DNA of 64,000 bases from Podarcis erhardii (GCA_964252035.1 OZ176209.1), one strand, 5' to 3'. Shown: positions 12,239-24,671, counted from the first letter of the stretch. A program made the numbers and translations. Notes: generated from the sequence alone by a model not told the origin.

Positions 12239-14376
12239 TTTAGCCCCTCAACTTAGTTGTGCTATGCATTTTGTTGATAAGTAAATCCAAGCTATTGATT
12301 AGATTTTTCTTCCCAAAGATAATCTAGCACTTATATACTTTATTCTCCCTCAAGGATTGTTCCCAATCCTCAAAGCAGTGACAGCTGCCCCCTCAACACA
12401 CTTTGTTACACTTTATAAGGACTATATTTTCTTTTTAACTGCTATGCTTCTTTAAATACCGTTACCTGTTATTGTAGGGAAAGTTGTACAGATTATCACA
12501 CTTAATCCGCACTGCCAAATTACAATCTGAGTGCTAGAGTTCCTACAAATGGATGGGTGGCCAGGAGAGTACACAAATGTTACACATGCCCTGTCATTTC
12601 TGAAATTAAAGAAGAGTTTGAACAAACCCTCAGATGGTATTCACAGGCTCTTTCTCTTTCCTTGTGTAACGTTCATCCTCAAAGATCACCCCAACATGAT
12701 ATAGTTCCTATTCTTTTCTCTTTTTGGTCTTTCTTCCCCCCACCCCCATGTATAGTGACTTTTTTATGAACACCCCCCACTCTGCAGTAATATTACAACT
12801 TTAACACAGGCCAGCACAAATTGTGTCCCATCAAGCTCACTGGTCATGTATTATGACATTGCAGGTACTTGATAGCCTTCCTGTTTTTGCAGTCTGGGGC
12901 AAAACAAAACATCAGATGTTGCTTGAAACCCTGGTGGGCTACATTTGACATGGTGGGTTACCAGTCATGCAGGACTGATTCAACACATCTTTGGTACTAC
13001 AGCTGTTTTCCAAGGTGTCTTAAATTCTGGTCCTTACTCCTTGGGAGTTGGTGACAGAAGGATGTATTGCCAAGTCTCCTTAAGGTGACTGTTGTATATC
13101 ACTAATGTTTTTGAACTATTGCTGTGTCACTTCCATAAAAATCAAGCAAGCTACCCGTGTTCTTCAGACTGGCAGTTTGCAGGTTAAGGAGATCAACAGT
13201 GTTTTGTGGTTTCAACCCTCATAGTTTAGAAATAGGTAAGTGGTGGCCCAGGAAGTTATAGGCCCCCAGGAATTTCCTAACTTGGCCCTATCATAGTCCC
13301 AAATCTCAAAGGGTTCCCCTTTCATTATTTTGCACCATTCCTCCATGCAAAGGAGACATAGACCCTTTCTTCCCCATTGTGAGCAGCAAAATGCTCTGCC
13401 AGTTTTCACCCTCCATACTTCAGCAGCTGACATGGAAGCCAAATACAGAGGTCGGTTTGGAGAGTGCCTGAGGTGCTTGGCCACCAAACTATTTCTTGTT
13501 TTAACATGTTGTGGGAGATAACAGAAAGATTTAAGCCCTTTCTCCATGCCTCCACTCACCTGGAGTCAATCAGTAGGTGGAGCAAATGCTGTTGGCTCTC
13601 CAGCCCTGGCTCAAAGCAAAATGACACATCCCTGCTAGAAAGAGTTGCTGGCTCCTCTCTGGAGACCAGTGCTCTGCCTATGTGGGGTTTCTTTCCAAGT
13701 GTGCTGCTAGGGGGCATTGTGTGCCCACAGACAGAGCTGTAAAAGGGTTAATGCAAAGTTACACCTAACAAGTCCTGCTCCTAGCTGATGCAGCTCCCAC
13801 ACTTCCTCCCCCCCCCCTTCCCTTCCTAATTCCCTCTTGAAGGAGCAGTCTTGTCATTTTTGCTAACAGTGGCTTTAAAAAGTAGTCATCGGAGTCATTT
13901 AAAGGGACACTGTCGTTTTTCACGTTAACTAACCTCACTTTCTGTCATAAAGAACTAGCCTAAGTAAATTAATAAATCTCATTTGCTTCTCATGATTATA
14001 TCCTTTTGTTCCCTACATTTCCTGTTTGGATAAATGTACACAATATTAGCCATGGTTACTTCTTCCCTACACTTTTGGGGGTTTTAAAGGCATTATTTTA
14101 TTTTATTTTTGCTAGTTTCAACTCCAGCCCAGATAGCGGTAATAATTCACAATTCCAAATGGAAGATCATTATTATTTTAATCTGTATTGATTTCTTTCT
14201 CTTTTTTTTAATCCCTAGCAGAAAACTTCACTACTTGGCAGTATCCCTTTAAATAAAATGCAGTGTTATGTGCAGAAAAAGACACACGTGGCTTTGTAGT
14301 GTTAGTTCTTTTTATACTCCTCTGTGACTGGTGTTTGTTCAGTACTTCCTCACAGGGCTGCCAGAGTGCTCAAGAG

Positions 14377-14600
14377 TCACTGTAGTGTAGGGGCTAAGAG
14401 GCTGAGCTAGGGAATCCCTGGTTCAAACCTCACCTCTGCTGTTCTCACTGAGCCACCTTGGGGAAGTATGGGCTTAATAATGGCTGCCTTAAATGGTTGC
14501 ATATAATACGTTTCTGTGCCTGTTGTAATAGATATAATAGGATGATTGGTTTGAATAGCCAAGGCACTTCACAAAGCACCGTATAAATGCTAAAATTTAT
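14377..14600 (+). mobile_element. Old MIR-like tRNA SINE
   Basis: A-box-like TGTAGTGTAGGGGCTAAGAG, B-box GGTTCAAACC, tail GCACTTCACAAAGCACCGTATAAATGC. Boundaries approximate. Confidence 0.5.
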
Positions 14601-16718
14601 ATATACTTCTAAAGGCGCTGACAGAAAGTCCTCTCCTTCATCTTGCCCGTAAATGTCACCAATGGGTCTCAACCTGAATTGACTTCTGCATTCACAATGG
14701 GTTCTGCTCAAGATAAAGGAGGAAACATGTTCCAGCCACGTTCTTGCTATTCCCTGGGCATATGTTCATTATTCTTGGTTTGGACTCCAATATCCATCAT
14801 TGGAAGCGAAATTCCAGTGGTTTACATTCAGGGCTATCGGTGCTAAGCTCCAAACCCTTTGGTCAGACTCATACTCCAGCTGGGTCAGTGGGTTAGGTGG
14901 AGGCAGATTGCACAATAAAGCACCAGACCTTAGCAAGGGGAGTCCGGAAAGCTGTGCCAGGATCAAACCAAGGTCAGAAGGGATCCGTCTAGTCCAAAAG
15001 TAATCCAGGACAGCATTGGTAAGCTTGGGGTCCAGGGTTCAGCGACTGATGAGCTCTAAGAAGGAAGCAGGGGGAGGCAAAGGAGTCAGGTTCAGAAGTA
15101 AGGAGCTGGGTGGTGGATTGTTTTCAACAAGCAGCAGACTCCAAATGAAGCCTGATATAGCCTAGAATCCCAAACCATGCCATCACCAGCTTCAGGTGCT
15201 TGAGTCTGCCGTAAGAGCCTTTGCTCTTGAGTTTTGTTGGTTACAATAAGCCTTTGACTCAATAATTACACAGCAACACAGTGTGCATTCCCTCACTGAC
15301 TAGCTGCCTGGGCTGGATCTTCTGGCCCCAATGTCTTTGAAGCCTGAGAGGTTGATTCAGCCTCCCCCTTTGACTTGGCCTGGGCTTCTCTGCCAGTGGT
15401 GGCTCAGGAACACACCACAAGGTCCTTTCAGAGCAAACTCTAGTAGTAAGCCGTGGCAGAGGCCTTCTGGTATACCAGGGACTTCAGAACTGTCATTATA
15501 GAGGTGGGGGGGAAATATTTCACCTTGGGTCAACGATCAGGAGGTCTTGATGATATTGGGTTGAATGCATGTTAATTTTATCCTTAGCTTGTATAGCAAA
15601 TTAATTTTCAATTTTATTGTGTAATAGTAAAATGTATCCAGTAGCCAGAATCTTTTTGGATGTCTCTAAGTGATATTGGAATAATTATTTTTAAGCACTA
15701 GCAAACCAGGGCAAAAGAAGGCAGTGGTGTAGCCAACAGTATCAAGGAGTGTAGAGGCAGTACTGGTCTCTTGGCATGTAAGGAGTCAGTTCCAAGGACT
15801 CTGTAGCAGGAGGAAGACATGGTTATCAGCATTTGATGCCAATGCCAGGCTTATGGCTGAGTAATCCTGCACTGGAAGAAAGGAGAAGTATAATTGATTA
15901 TAAAACAGAGTTGATCAGAGATGGAGGGGCAGGTCTGACAGATGTTCACAAGAGAGATGTTCAGACTAAAATGCAGAGGATCAAACACGGCTCAAATAGA
16001 AATTTATACTTCCCCACTTCTCTCTGGATTCACCTTACCCAGATGGGCAGGGTACAAATAATAATAATAATAATAATTAATAAATATTACTATTATTACT
16101 ACTACTCAGTGGTTCAGCAGTCACCCTTGCTTCAGTTCCCTGACTTGACTTTTTTGCCTGGTGATGCATAATGCAGGACACTCTTCTCCAACTCTTGAGT
16201 GAATTCTTGAGTTTTGGAACACCTGATGCTAAACGTAAGTGATCCTATGATGCCATTATGCATGCTGATTTGAATACATCACACTTATAGGCTGATTATC
16301 AATATCCAGTGAAAAGGGGGGAAGGGGTGTTTCATATTTATTATATATCACATACGGTAACATATGCAGAAGACTAACTGCAGCCAAATGTATGGAATTT
16401 GGGTTTGCATCCAGTGTTAGCATTCAGTGCACATATGTGTGCATGCATTTGTACAGTGGGTTTATCTGTTTTAAAGTTATTTTAGTGCTGCAATAATCTA
16501 GGGTTAAATATATTTCAAAAACCAGGAGTTTTTTGTTTGTTTTTTACAAAAATGCCAAAACAACGTGGTGTCCAGGAAATCCAGACATATGGAACCCTAC
16601 AATAATCCACTGTAAGCTGTACCTGTAGTGCTTAAACAAAAGGGAGACATTTATAGTAATAAAGTAACATCTTTGGGTCCCATGCGTCTTACTGTCAACT
16701 TTTTTTGCAATGGTAATA

Positions 16719-16952
16719 CAGTTGTACCTTGGATCCCAAACACCCTGGAACTCAGATGTTTTGGCTTCTGAATGCCGCAAACCTGGAAGTGATTGTTTTG
16801 AATGTTCTTTTGGAACCCAAATGTCCGACAGGGCTTCCGCAGCTTCTGATTGGCTGCAGTAGCTTCCTGCAGCCAATCAGAAGCTGCACTTTGGTTTTGG
16901 AAGTTGAACAGACTTCCGGAACTGATTCCATTCAACTTCTAAGATACAACTG
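16719..16952. mobile_element. Tigger-like MITE, family B, opposite orientation to the 9177 copy
   Basis: TA-flanked, TIRs CAGTTGTACCTTGG / CTAAGATACAACTG. Internal sequence is the reverse complement of the 9177 copy. Confidence 0.85.
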
Positions 16953-17237
16953 TAGTTCAGTTAATGCAAGATGACTGTGCATTGCATCAGAACTATGCAA
17001 GCAAACTTGCATAGAACTGGATTCCAAGATTCATTTAGCTTGGACGTTTTTGTTTCTAGTTTGGGAAACATACACTAAATAATGATCTTTTGCTGGATGC
17101 ATTCTTTGTGTTGGAACTCTGCAAGTATCTGAGCTACATAAGATCTATTTCAGTTCATGTCCTAAGCAAAACAAAAAGGAGGGTGTGATCATGTTCAAGT
17201 TTGATGCCTTGCTGCATGGTACTTGAAGGCATTTCTT

Positions 17238-17537
17238 TTTTTATATATAAAATATTTATTAGGGTTTTTTATAAAAGAAATACAAAGATAATAAACAGCA
17301 TTGCTTTGTTTTAACAAAATTTCATAACTTCTTTGGACTTCCTCACGTCTCCCGCTCCCACTTACATCGTTAATAATTTTTTTCAAGCAAATTATCATCT
17401 TATTTGCAAATTTATAACCACTCAATTCAATATAGTGTAACAATTCTCCGACAAATTTTTGTTTCTCTTAATCTCATTTATCATCAATTTCCGATCCAAT
17501 TTAGTGATGGCCAATAATTTATAACCAAGTACTTGGT
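17238..17537 (-). mobile_element. 5'-truncated L1 (3'UTR only), 21-bp target-site duplication
   Basis: TGGTACTTGAAGGCATTTCTT at 17217-17237 and 17538-17558. The reverse complement shares TGGGAGCGGGAG.CGTGAGG.AGTCCAA and the AATAAA end with the L1 at 32258-33012. Confidence 0.85.
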
Positions 17538-18012
17538 TGGTACTTGAAGGCATTTCTTGACCAAACCCAAAGTGAGTTGAGTTGCGGCTTGATCCTAGTT
17601 GGCGTAGCAAAAAGTTGATCAAGATCAGTCTAGTTTTTCAATAAGATATGTAGTATTTCATAAATTGCTGCAGGCTTTTAAATAGTGTCTCACTAGTCAG
17701 TTACCAGTGGTGAATCATCATCTCTTGGCGATGGGAGCTTTTATAAATTGTAAAGACATTTTGTTCTGAGTGTACTTTCAGGCGGTCTGTGTGCTACACA
17801 TAACTTGCTAATATAGGCATTTGCTGATGAGCAATAGAAATGTTTGCTGTCTAGTAGCCTTTGTGATCTTTTTTTGCTTTAAGTTCAGTGATGCGGAGAA
17901 AGGATTCATCCATTTATATTATTGAATTATCTGTATACATAATGGACTATTCAACACATCTTTACTAATCGGATGCTATGAATATTCTCTGTGGATTATC
18001 CATGGAGTTGGA

Positions 18013-18060
18013 TAAGACATTCTATAAGACATTCTATTAGACATTCTATAAGACATTCTA
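18013..18060. repeat. Four tandem copies of a 12-bp unit TAAGACATTCTA
   Basis: Read directly. The third copy is TTAGACATTCTA. Confidence 0.95.
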
Positions 18061-18129
18061 TTTTATTGTTGTTAGCCGCCCTGAGCCCGGCTTCGGCTGG
18101 GGAGGGCGGGATATAAATTATTATTATTA

Positions 18130-18165
<36 letters not shown>
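18061..18165 (+). mobile_element. LINE (L2-type) 3' end with (ATT)n tail
   Basis: GTTAGCCGCCCTGAG...GGGCGGGATATAAAT followed by an (ATT)n microsatellite. Confidence 0.65.
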
Positions 18166-18618
18166 GGTCTAGCTTCTGCTGCAGGTACTGTTGGGAAAAA
18201 CATTGTAGCTATTGGATATAGGTTTATTGACAATAGTAGCAAGAGGCCTGCCTATCGATGTGGTGGAATAAGCCCAAGAACCTTCACCCTCCATAGTTGA
18301 TATTTCAGTCTGCCTTATCTCTTGAAACCCGTCTCTGCTTACTCCAGTATCAAGCTCTGGGAGCGAGGGTATCCTGTGGTTCCAACTGACTTAGTTACAC
18401 CATAGACGGAGGGGATTGTCCGGGGGCTCCATGGAGACACTTAAGCTATTATGTCAAGCCATGGTTTGCACTAGCAGTGGTTTTGCCTCCAAGCTCAATT
18501 TACTCTTATATCACCTGGAAATCTTCAGGTGAGATCCCATGCAGTGGCCTTCAAAATTGGGAGGTGGTCTGTGCTTGCATAGAGGTACTGTTATGTGAAC
18601 TGGCATCTGCATGTGGAG

Positions 18619-18749
18619 CAGGAATGGGAAACCTGTGGCCTTCCAGATCTTGTGGGATTACAGATCCCATCAGCCCTAGCTAGTAGTGGTCAGGACTGAT
18701 GGGAATTGCAGCCCAACATCATCTGGAGGACCACAGGTTCCCACCACTC
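18619..18749. mobile_element. hAT-type palindromic MITE, diverged
   Basis: GGGAAACCTGTGGCCTTCCAGAT...ATCTGGAGGACCACAGGTTCCC inverted ends. Confidence 0.7.
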
Positions 18750-20249
18750 ATTCAGGATCTGTATCACTGAGTGTGGCAGCTAGAACTAAGCTGCTGCAAC
18801 CATGGAAGTGGTAGTAGCTCCATATATAGCCTTGATACACACTGAATCTGCATAGAAGCCTGGTCTAGTTGCAGCCCAGTACACCATGGAATCCACCCAG
18901 TTCAAAGCAAAACATAAAGGTCATCTTAACCTTAATCATGACTGAGGAAGAACTTTGGCAAATGCAAGAATATTCAGAGAGTATTTCCTTTGGTGTACAG
19001 CTTGACTGTACATTTTAGAACTATTTAATCCAAGCAACCCACTTGTATTCTTGTATTTTTTACACATACTAAGAATGGAATACATATCTATCTAAGACTA
19101 GGCCTTGAAGGAGACCTGTGAAGTAAAACAAAGCACCATTGCATTGCCACTTTAAAGAAAAACCTGTGTGCATTGTTACACTACATGGATTTTCATGGAT
19201 CTCTTTCCCAAGCGACAAAAATACTTTTAAGGCATTCAATTTGTTGGTTGTTTGGTTTTGTTGGAGGGGGGGGGGAGAGAGAGTAAAGTTGTCTGGGGAT
19301 ACTGTGGAATGTCTTCAAACAAGATGAGTCTTCACCTACAGATGGGCACCATGTAACATGTATATGTGATGTACTTTTAACCCTTTTCACACTGAGTATA
19401 CATGTTTCTTCCTGTTGAGAGATTCACATTGCTCATTCACACACTATTTGCAAACTGATGTGCCTCCTCCCTTTTAACTTTGGTCTGTCCTGTGTGTTAC
19501 TGCTCTAGTTCTGTGATGGTCCCTTCTAAAAGCTGTTCCCTTCCCAGACCTTATCTTCGTAAATGAGAACTGAGGCTTTCCCTCTCCATTATATGTGCAT
19601 GTAGATCTGATTCCAGTGGGTTATGAATGTCCTCTTTTTTATAAATTCAGCCGCTCCTTATTACACAGTGACATTTTTCTTTCACTTCCGTTCTACTCAC
19701 AGACTAGTCAATGGGCCACAGGTCTTTCTGTAACATATAGATCACTGGGGGTTAACAAAGCACCATGGACTGCACTACTCAAGCCCCAGTGATCAGCTGG
19801 TTGCTGGGACTTCTGTACACAGCAGCACCCAGTTCCTCATCCCTATTCTATAAGATTATTCATCTCTTTATGTATAATCTACCACAATAATTCCCAAACC
19901 GAGGAATTCATTGGATAATTGATGGTTCCCATAAGTTCCAACCCATAGGAAGAGGCTATTCTCTGCATCAGAGTGTGTAAGTTTGAGAATTATTCCTCCC
20001 ATTTTATTATTTTTTAATACAAACTACCTCTTTTACCAGAAATTTGGGAAATGTTAATTTACTGTGTTATATCTAATTAATTGCCACATACTCAAACTTC
20101 TCCCCCCCCATCAAACAAACAAACAAACAAACAAACATACCAGTGGGGCATAGTCCTCAACTTTCTGTCTACCCTTGATATTGGCAGGGCCAGAAATACA
20201 AACTATGCATGAATACGTGTAAAATACCGGTCAAGGCTTTGGTTAGACC

Positions 20250-20386
20250 CAGGATAGGGGAACATTTGGCCTTCCAGAAGCTGCTGGACTACAGCTCTCA
20301 TCACCCTGACTGTTGGCCATGTTGACTGGGGTGAATGAGAATCCAAAATCTTTTGGAGTAGGGAGACAACAGGTTCTGTATCCCTG
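20250..20386. mobile_element. hAT-type palindromic MITE, diverged
   Basis: CAGGATAGGGGAAC...GTTCTGTATCCCTG ends and shared core. Confidence 0.6.
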
Positions 20387-21007
20387 GTTTAGTCTTGGTT
20401 GGTTTGCCCATCATAGGCAGTCAGTCCTGTTTTGCGCCATGATCTGCCTTTGTTTACTAAACACATAATACTTGCCACTGTCAACCTACTTCCTTGGACA
20501 ATGTCACAAAAAAACCACATGGAATGTGCCAAGCTAATTTTCAAGATGGCCTTTTAAAACCTATTTGCTCTCCTGGTCTTTTAGAAACTTAATGTTGTCC
20601 ACCCTCCTCTTAGTGCTCTTATCTCTTAACTGCACCATGTGACATGGAGGGTGAAAAGTCACCAAGCACAAGAAATGTCAAATGTTGGCATTTCCCCATT
20701 ATCCCAGTAACTTTTGTGGCCCACACTGTTTCCCCTCCCAGTGCCACAGTCTGCTCTTCTCCATTATTCATGTTGACAAAGGATGTTCCATCTGTAGACT
20801 GTTCCCCTTGTTTCTGCTTCTCCATTTCTTGTATTATTATTTTCTTTTCTACTTCTTCTTGTTGTTTCCTTTCTTTCTCACTCTTGTGCTTTTTTGTCCT
20901 TTTGCTTGTCTGTTTATTTTCACCCTGTTTCTCCTCCTCTCTTCCTCTCCACTTCCAACTTCCTCTTCCCTTCCTTTCTTCCTCTCACATCTTTGGTTCT
21001 ATTGAAG

Positions 21008-21073
21008 TTGAGCCCAATGCCGGGACACCACGCCGTAGACCTCTCTCCTTCTGCCCTTGCTGTGCCCATGAAG
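21008..21073 (+). CDS. MICAL3: MICAL3 cassette exon, 66 nt, phase 1/1, VEPNAGTPRRRPLSFCPCCAHE
   Basis: 208-nt AG-free pyrimidine tract, TTGAAG acceptor, AAG|GTAATG donor, frame-preserving with no stop. Confidence 0.8.
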
Positions 21074-22909
21074 GTAATGTAATTTCTTGCATTCCCTCCA
21101 TTCCGTTCCCAAACCGCCATTGGATTGGTGTAGAGACACTAGTGAGCTAGCAACAATATCAAGTGGCTCACCGCCAAACTTTTCTTTCCTTCAATCTCAA
21201 AGAAACCCTATAACAACCTTGTTATGAAGTGTGTCTGGCAGGATCGTAAAGGTACAGTATCCTTTTTTCAGCTGTGCATTGTGGGGATAAGGATAGTCTT
21301 GAAGTTTATTGGCGCAATTGATCAGAAATGACTGTAGTGGCATCAGTTTCATGCCTTAAGGGTTCTGTTTGGCATGTTGGATGATCTTGCAGGGGAGTTG
21401 GATGTGAGTCTACTTCCTTTTAAAAAAGGGTTAAAAGCATACGTACTGTCTTTTGTAATGACTGGTTTCCCCAACAACCCTTGACTTTGAAAAGGCAACC
21501 TCCTGATCTGCCATAATCTAGACTGGTCTCCTGCAGTCCGTATCTTGCTAAGCATCTTCTTTATCCCAAGTGGAACCAGATTCCCACTGAAGTGTTTCCA
21601 TTTCCCAAGGCATGGGGGGGAAAGGGGTGGAATGTGACCGCCATGTATAACTTCGGCTAACCACTCTCTCTGCTTTTCATGGTGTGCTTTCATCAAGTGT
21701 TCATCTTTCCTCCCCACCCCTGCCTCTCCCTCTGCTCATTGGCTGTCTAAAAATAATAATAATAAAATATATCTACATCCCACAAATGAACAAAAGTTTC
21801 CATAGGTCAGTGTTGACATGTATTTGGCTGTTTTGTGCAGAAGTTTCTTTTCTGATTATCCTCACAGTGGAAAGGGTGGGGAGATTCCCCAGTGCGTCTC
21901 ATGGCTCCAATGCACTGGACATCTGCATGTGTAAGCTTCTTCTCTCTTTCCACCATGGCTATGAGGGCACCTTGTGCAGAGATGCTCAGAGAGGCTTAAT
22001 TGGGACCAAGCAATGGATAGGTATAGCCATCCACAGCCATGATTGGCTAGGGTGAGATTTTCGTACTGTGTATGTTTGCTTCTTGTGTTCTGGAGCTGTG
22101 TTGGTGGTTTTGGAAGAGGAGGAGAATTCTCGTACCTGAGAATAAGTGGTAGGAACAGGGCCACCAAGAACCTCTGGACCACTTTGTTTTCTTGACCATG
22201 ATGGGAAATAATGTCTTGCTGCATAAAGACATCCTCAGTTACAAATGACGCATTAGTCAGTGCCATCCAATACTGATAAGCACTACCAGGAGCAGATAAT
22301 AATGCTTTGGTAGCTGGATCTGACTTGGTAGCTGACCATCCCCATTCTAGAGTGTCTCCCTTGGGCTTCCATAACCCCATGAGTCTGCATTTTTGAATAA
22401 TTAGAATAGTGTCTAATACAAATATTTTGCCATTTGCACATAAGTAGGCACAAATTTTGCATCATATTTTCCTCAGAATAGATGTTCCAATTAGTTTTAT
22501 ATGAGATGAGAACTCATCTATGGTATGGATGAGAAACAGGAGTTAACCCTGTCTGCAACTTGACTGTGTTCTTTCCATATACTAGTTTCCTAAACTATTG
22601 ACACCTCTGATAGGATGGTGAAATCTGATAGGTACAGGAAACAGCTGGAATCCCTCTGGGCCTACAGTGGTTAGGCCAAGACCCTGATCATCTGGAGCAC
22701 ATAACCAGGGCTTCACTTGCTTCCAAACTGATTTTTAGGATCTGAATCCAAACAGCTACCCATAAAGAGCTGCATATTTCATTACTAGATATGGGTTGTG
22801 GATGTAGCTCTCTAAAATAACATAAAATGGCTATGCTGTTTATTTCATATCAGGCTTTGCTACTGGGTCTACTAGCTTGGTTTTCATTGATTAAGCTTTT
22901 ATTGAAATA

Positions 22910-23142
22910 CAGTCATACCTCGGGTTGTGAGCGCTGCGGGTTGCGGGTTTTCGGGTTGCGGACCACGCCAAACCCGGAAGTACCGGAGCGGGTTACTTCC
23001 AGGTTTCAGTGCATGCACAGAAGCGCAAAATGATCCCATGCTCAGAAGCGCTGAATTGCTTTACATGCGTGCGCAGATGCGGCATTGTGGGTTGCAAACG
23101 TGCCTCCCGCACAGATCACGTTCACAACCCGAGGTATGACTA
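22910..23142. mobile_element. Tigger-like MITE, family C (CpG-rich)
   Basis: TA-flanked, 20-bp TIR match (C)AGTCATACCTCGGGTTGTGA / TCACAACCCGAGGTATGACT(A). Confidence 0.85.
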
Positions 23143-23973
23143 TACCTGGGAAGGTACCATGCTTCCTCTTCCTTTTTATGTGAACAGATGTTCTTCTTGT
23201 GCTTTTCTACCATGAACTAGTGGTCTTGAGCTGGTGAACTTCAACTGATTGAACCTGTATTTATGCCACACATTATGTGTTTTTTGTTTAAGTGAGGGAT
23301 CCCTAGCAGACACATTGAGGCAGATCTGCCTGGTGTGACTGATAAAGCCAAGAGGAAGGGAAATTATTGATAGCAGTGGTCAGGAACTGGTTGCTTTCAG
23401 TCATTAAGTTAATGCAGGTGGCTTGAAAAGGGGAGAGCACAGCACGTAAGACTACAATACTGGTAGGAGCCAGAATCAACTCTGAAACAGCCCACCAAGG
23501 AACTGTTCACTAATCGCTCTATAGTTATATGTAAAGTGGACAAATGGGTGTTGAGTAAGGTGTGAGTGAGAAAACATGGCTTGAAACAGGTAGGCTTTGT
23601 TGGAAAGTGTTGGAAAGTGTCAGACCTATGTTTGAAAGTGTCCAAATTGAAAAGGACAACAGAAGAAAAATACTGAAAAGTGACTGTAATTATGGCTATT
23701 GGTTTGGTGGGAGATGTGATGGGGAAGGTAGATTCAGGGCACATGGATCCAGTGGGGGTTTTTTTGTTTCTTTTACTGGAGGTGACCCTCCTTCCTGTGT
23801 GCCATAGACAAACTAAACAAGCAGATCTGACAAGAGTGCTCTGGCAGCATCTAGCTCAGCTTTCTTTGCACATTTTGCCCCACTCCCATTTTTGTTCCTG
23901 CCTGCCTGCCTGCTGGATTTATGGAAATGGCGGGAATCTTTCTCCAAGCTGACCTAAACTGTTCTCTTGGCAG

Positions 23974-24073
23974 GCATGGGGAAGAAGGACGACCCCAAGC
24001 TGATGCAGGAGTGGTTCAAGCTGGTGCAAGAAAAGAATGCCTTAGTGCGCTATGAGTCAGAGCTCATGATATT
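23974..24073 (+). CDS. MICAL3: MICAL3 exon, [34 protein letters not shown]
   Basis: GGCAG acceptor, TT|GTGAGT donor, 100 nt, phase 1 to 2. Hallmark bMERB motif [12 protein letters not shown]. Confidence 0.97.
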
Positions 24074-24671
24074 GTGAGTAAGGAGAGAAATGTCTGCATG
24101 CTTGATCCAAGCAGAGAAGGGGAAAGACGGGGCAACTATCCCCAGGCAGAGATATGTTATTACACCTATTTCTGTCTTCACCTTTGCTGTGGTGACAATG
24201 TACAGATGGGAATCCTGTTGCTCTGGAGACCCATAGGCGCCCCAAGTAAAATAAAATTTTATAAAATTGATGAAGTGATCTGCTGCTGAGACCTGGTTCT
24301 CTTAGCAGTTCCTTCTCGTTCAGGATTCCAAATAAGGTCAATGTAAGAAGGAAGATCTTGTCCCTTGCAGCTCAGCCCTGATGTGCAGTGGGCAGTAGGG
24401 GCCAGATGGAGTGACTTGGCATTTTCCTGTTATTTTCTCATCTGCCTTTCTGACCATTCCACAACGTGGGTTTAGGTGAAAAACTGACATGTATGTTAGT
24501 CAAGGGAGGTTGTTCTGAACAAGGTTCTTAGTACAACTGAAGGGTTGCCTTACAATCAGTACTGAAAGGGAACACTTTACTACCATAGCATGTTAGATTT
24601 TTAAGACAGTAGCTTAGACTGCTGCTGAAACAACCCAAACCAGACATTTACCCATTCTTCTCTCCTTGCAG

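Noticed and set aside
14116-14138. Possible 23-nt or 6-nt (14133-14138, ATAGCG) microexon before GTAATA
   Set aside because: The 23-nt form shifts frame. The 6-nt form has several competing upstream AGs and no nearby pyrimidine tract. Not supportable without RNA data.
14655-15500. Possible Gypsy-type solo LTR starting TGTCAC
   Set aside because: No matching TGACA end, TSD or second LTR found.
20644-21150. 168-aa Phe/Leu/Ser/Cys-rich ORF
   Set aside because: It is the translation of the pyrimidine tract. Only 21008-21073 has splice signals and is reported as an exon.
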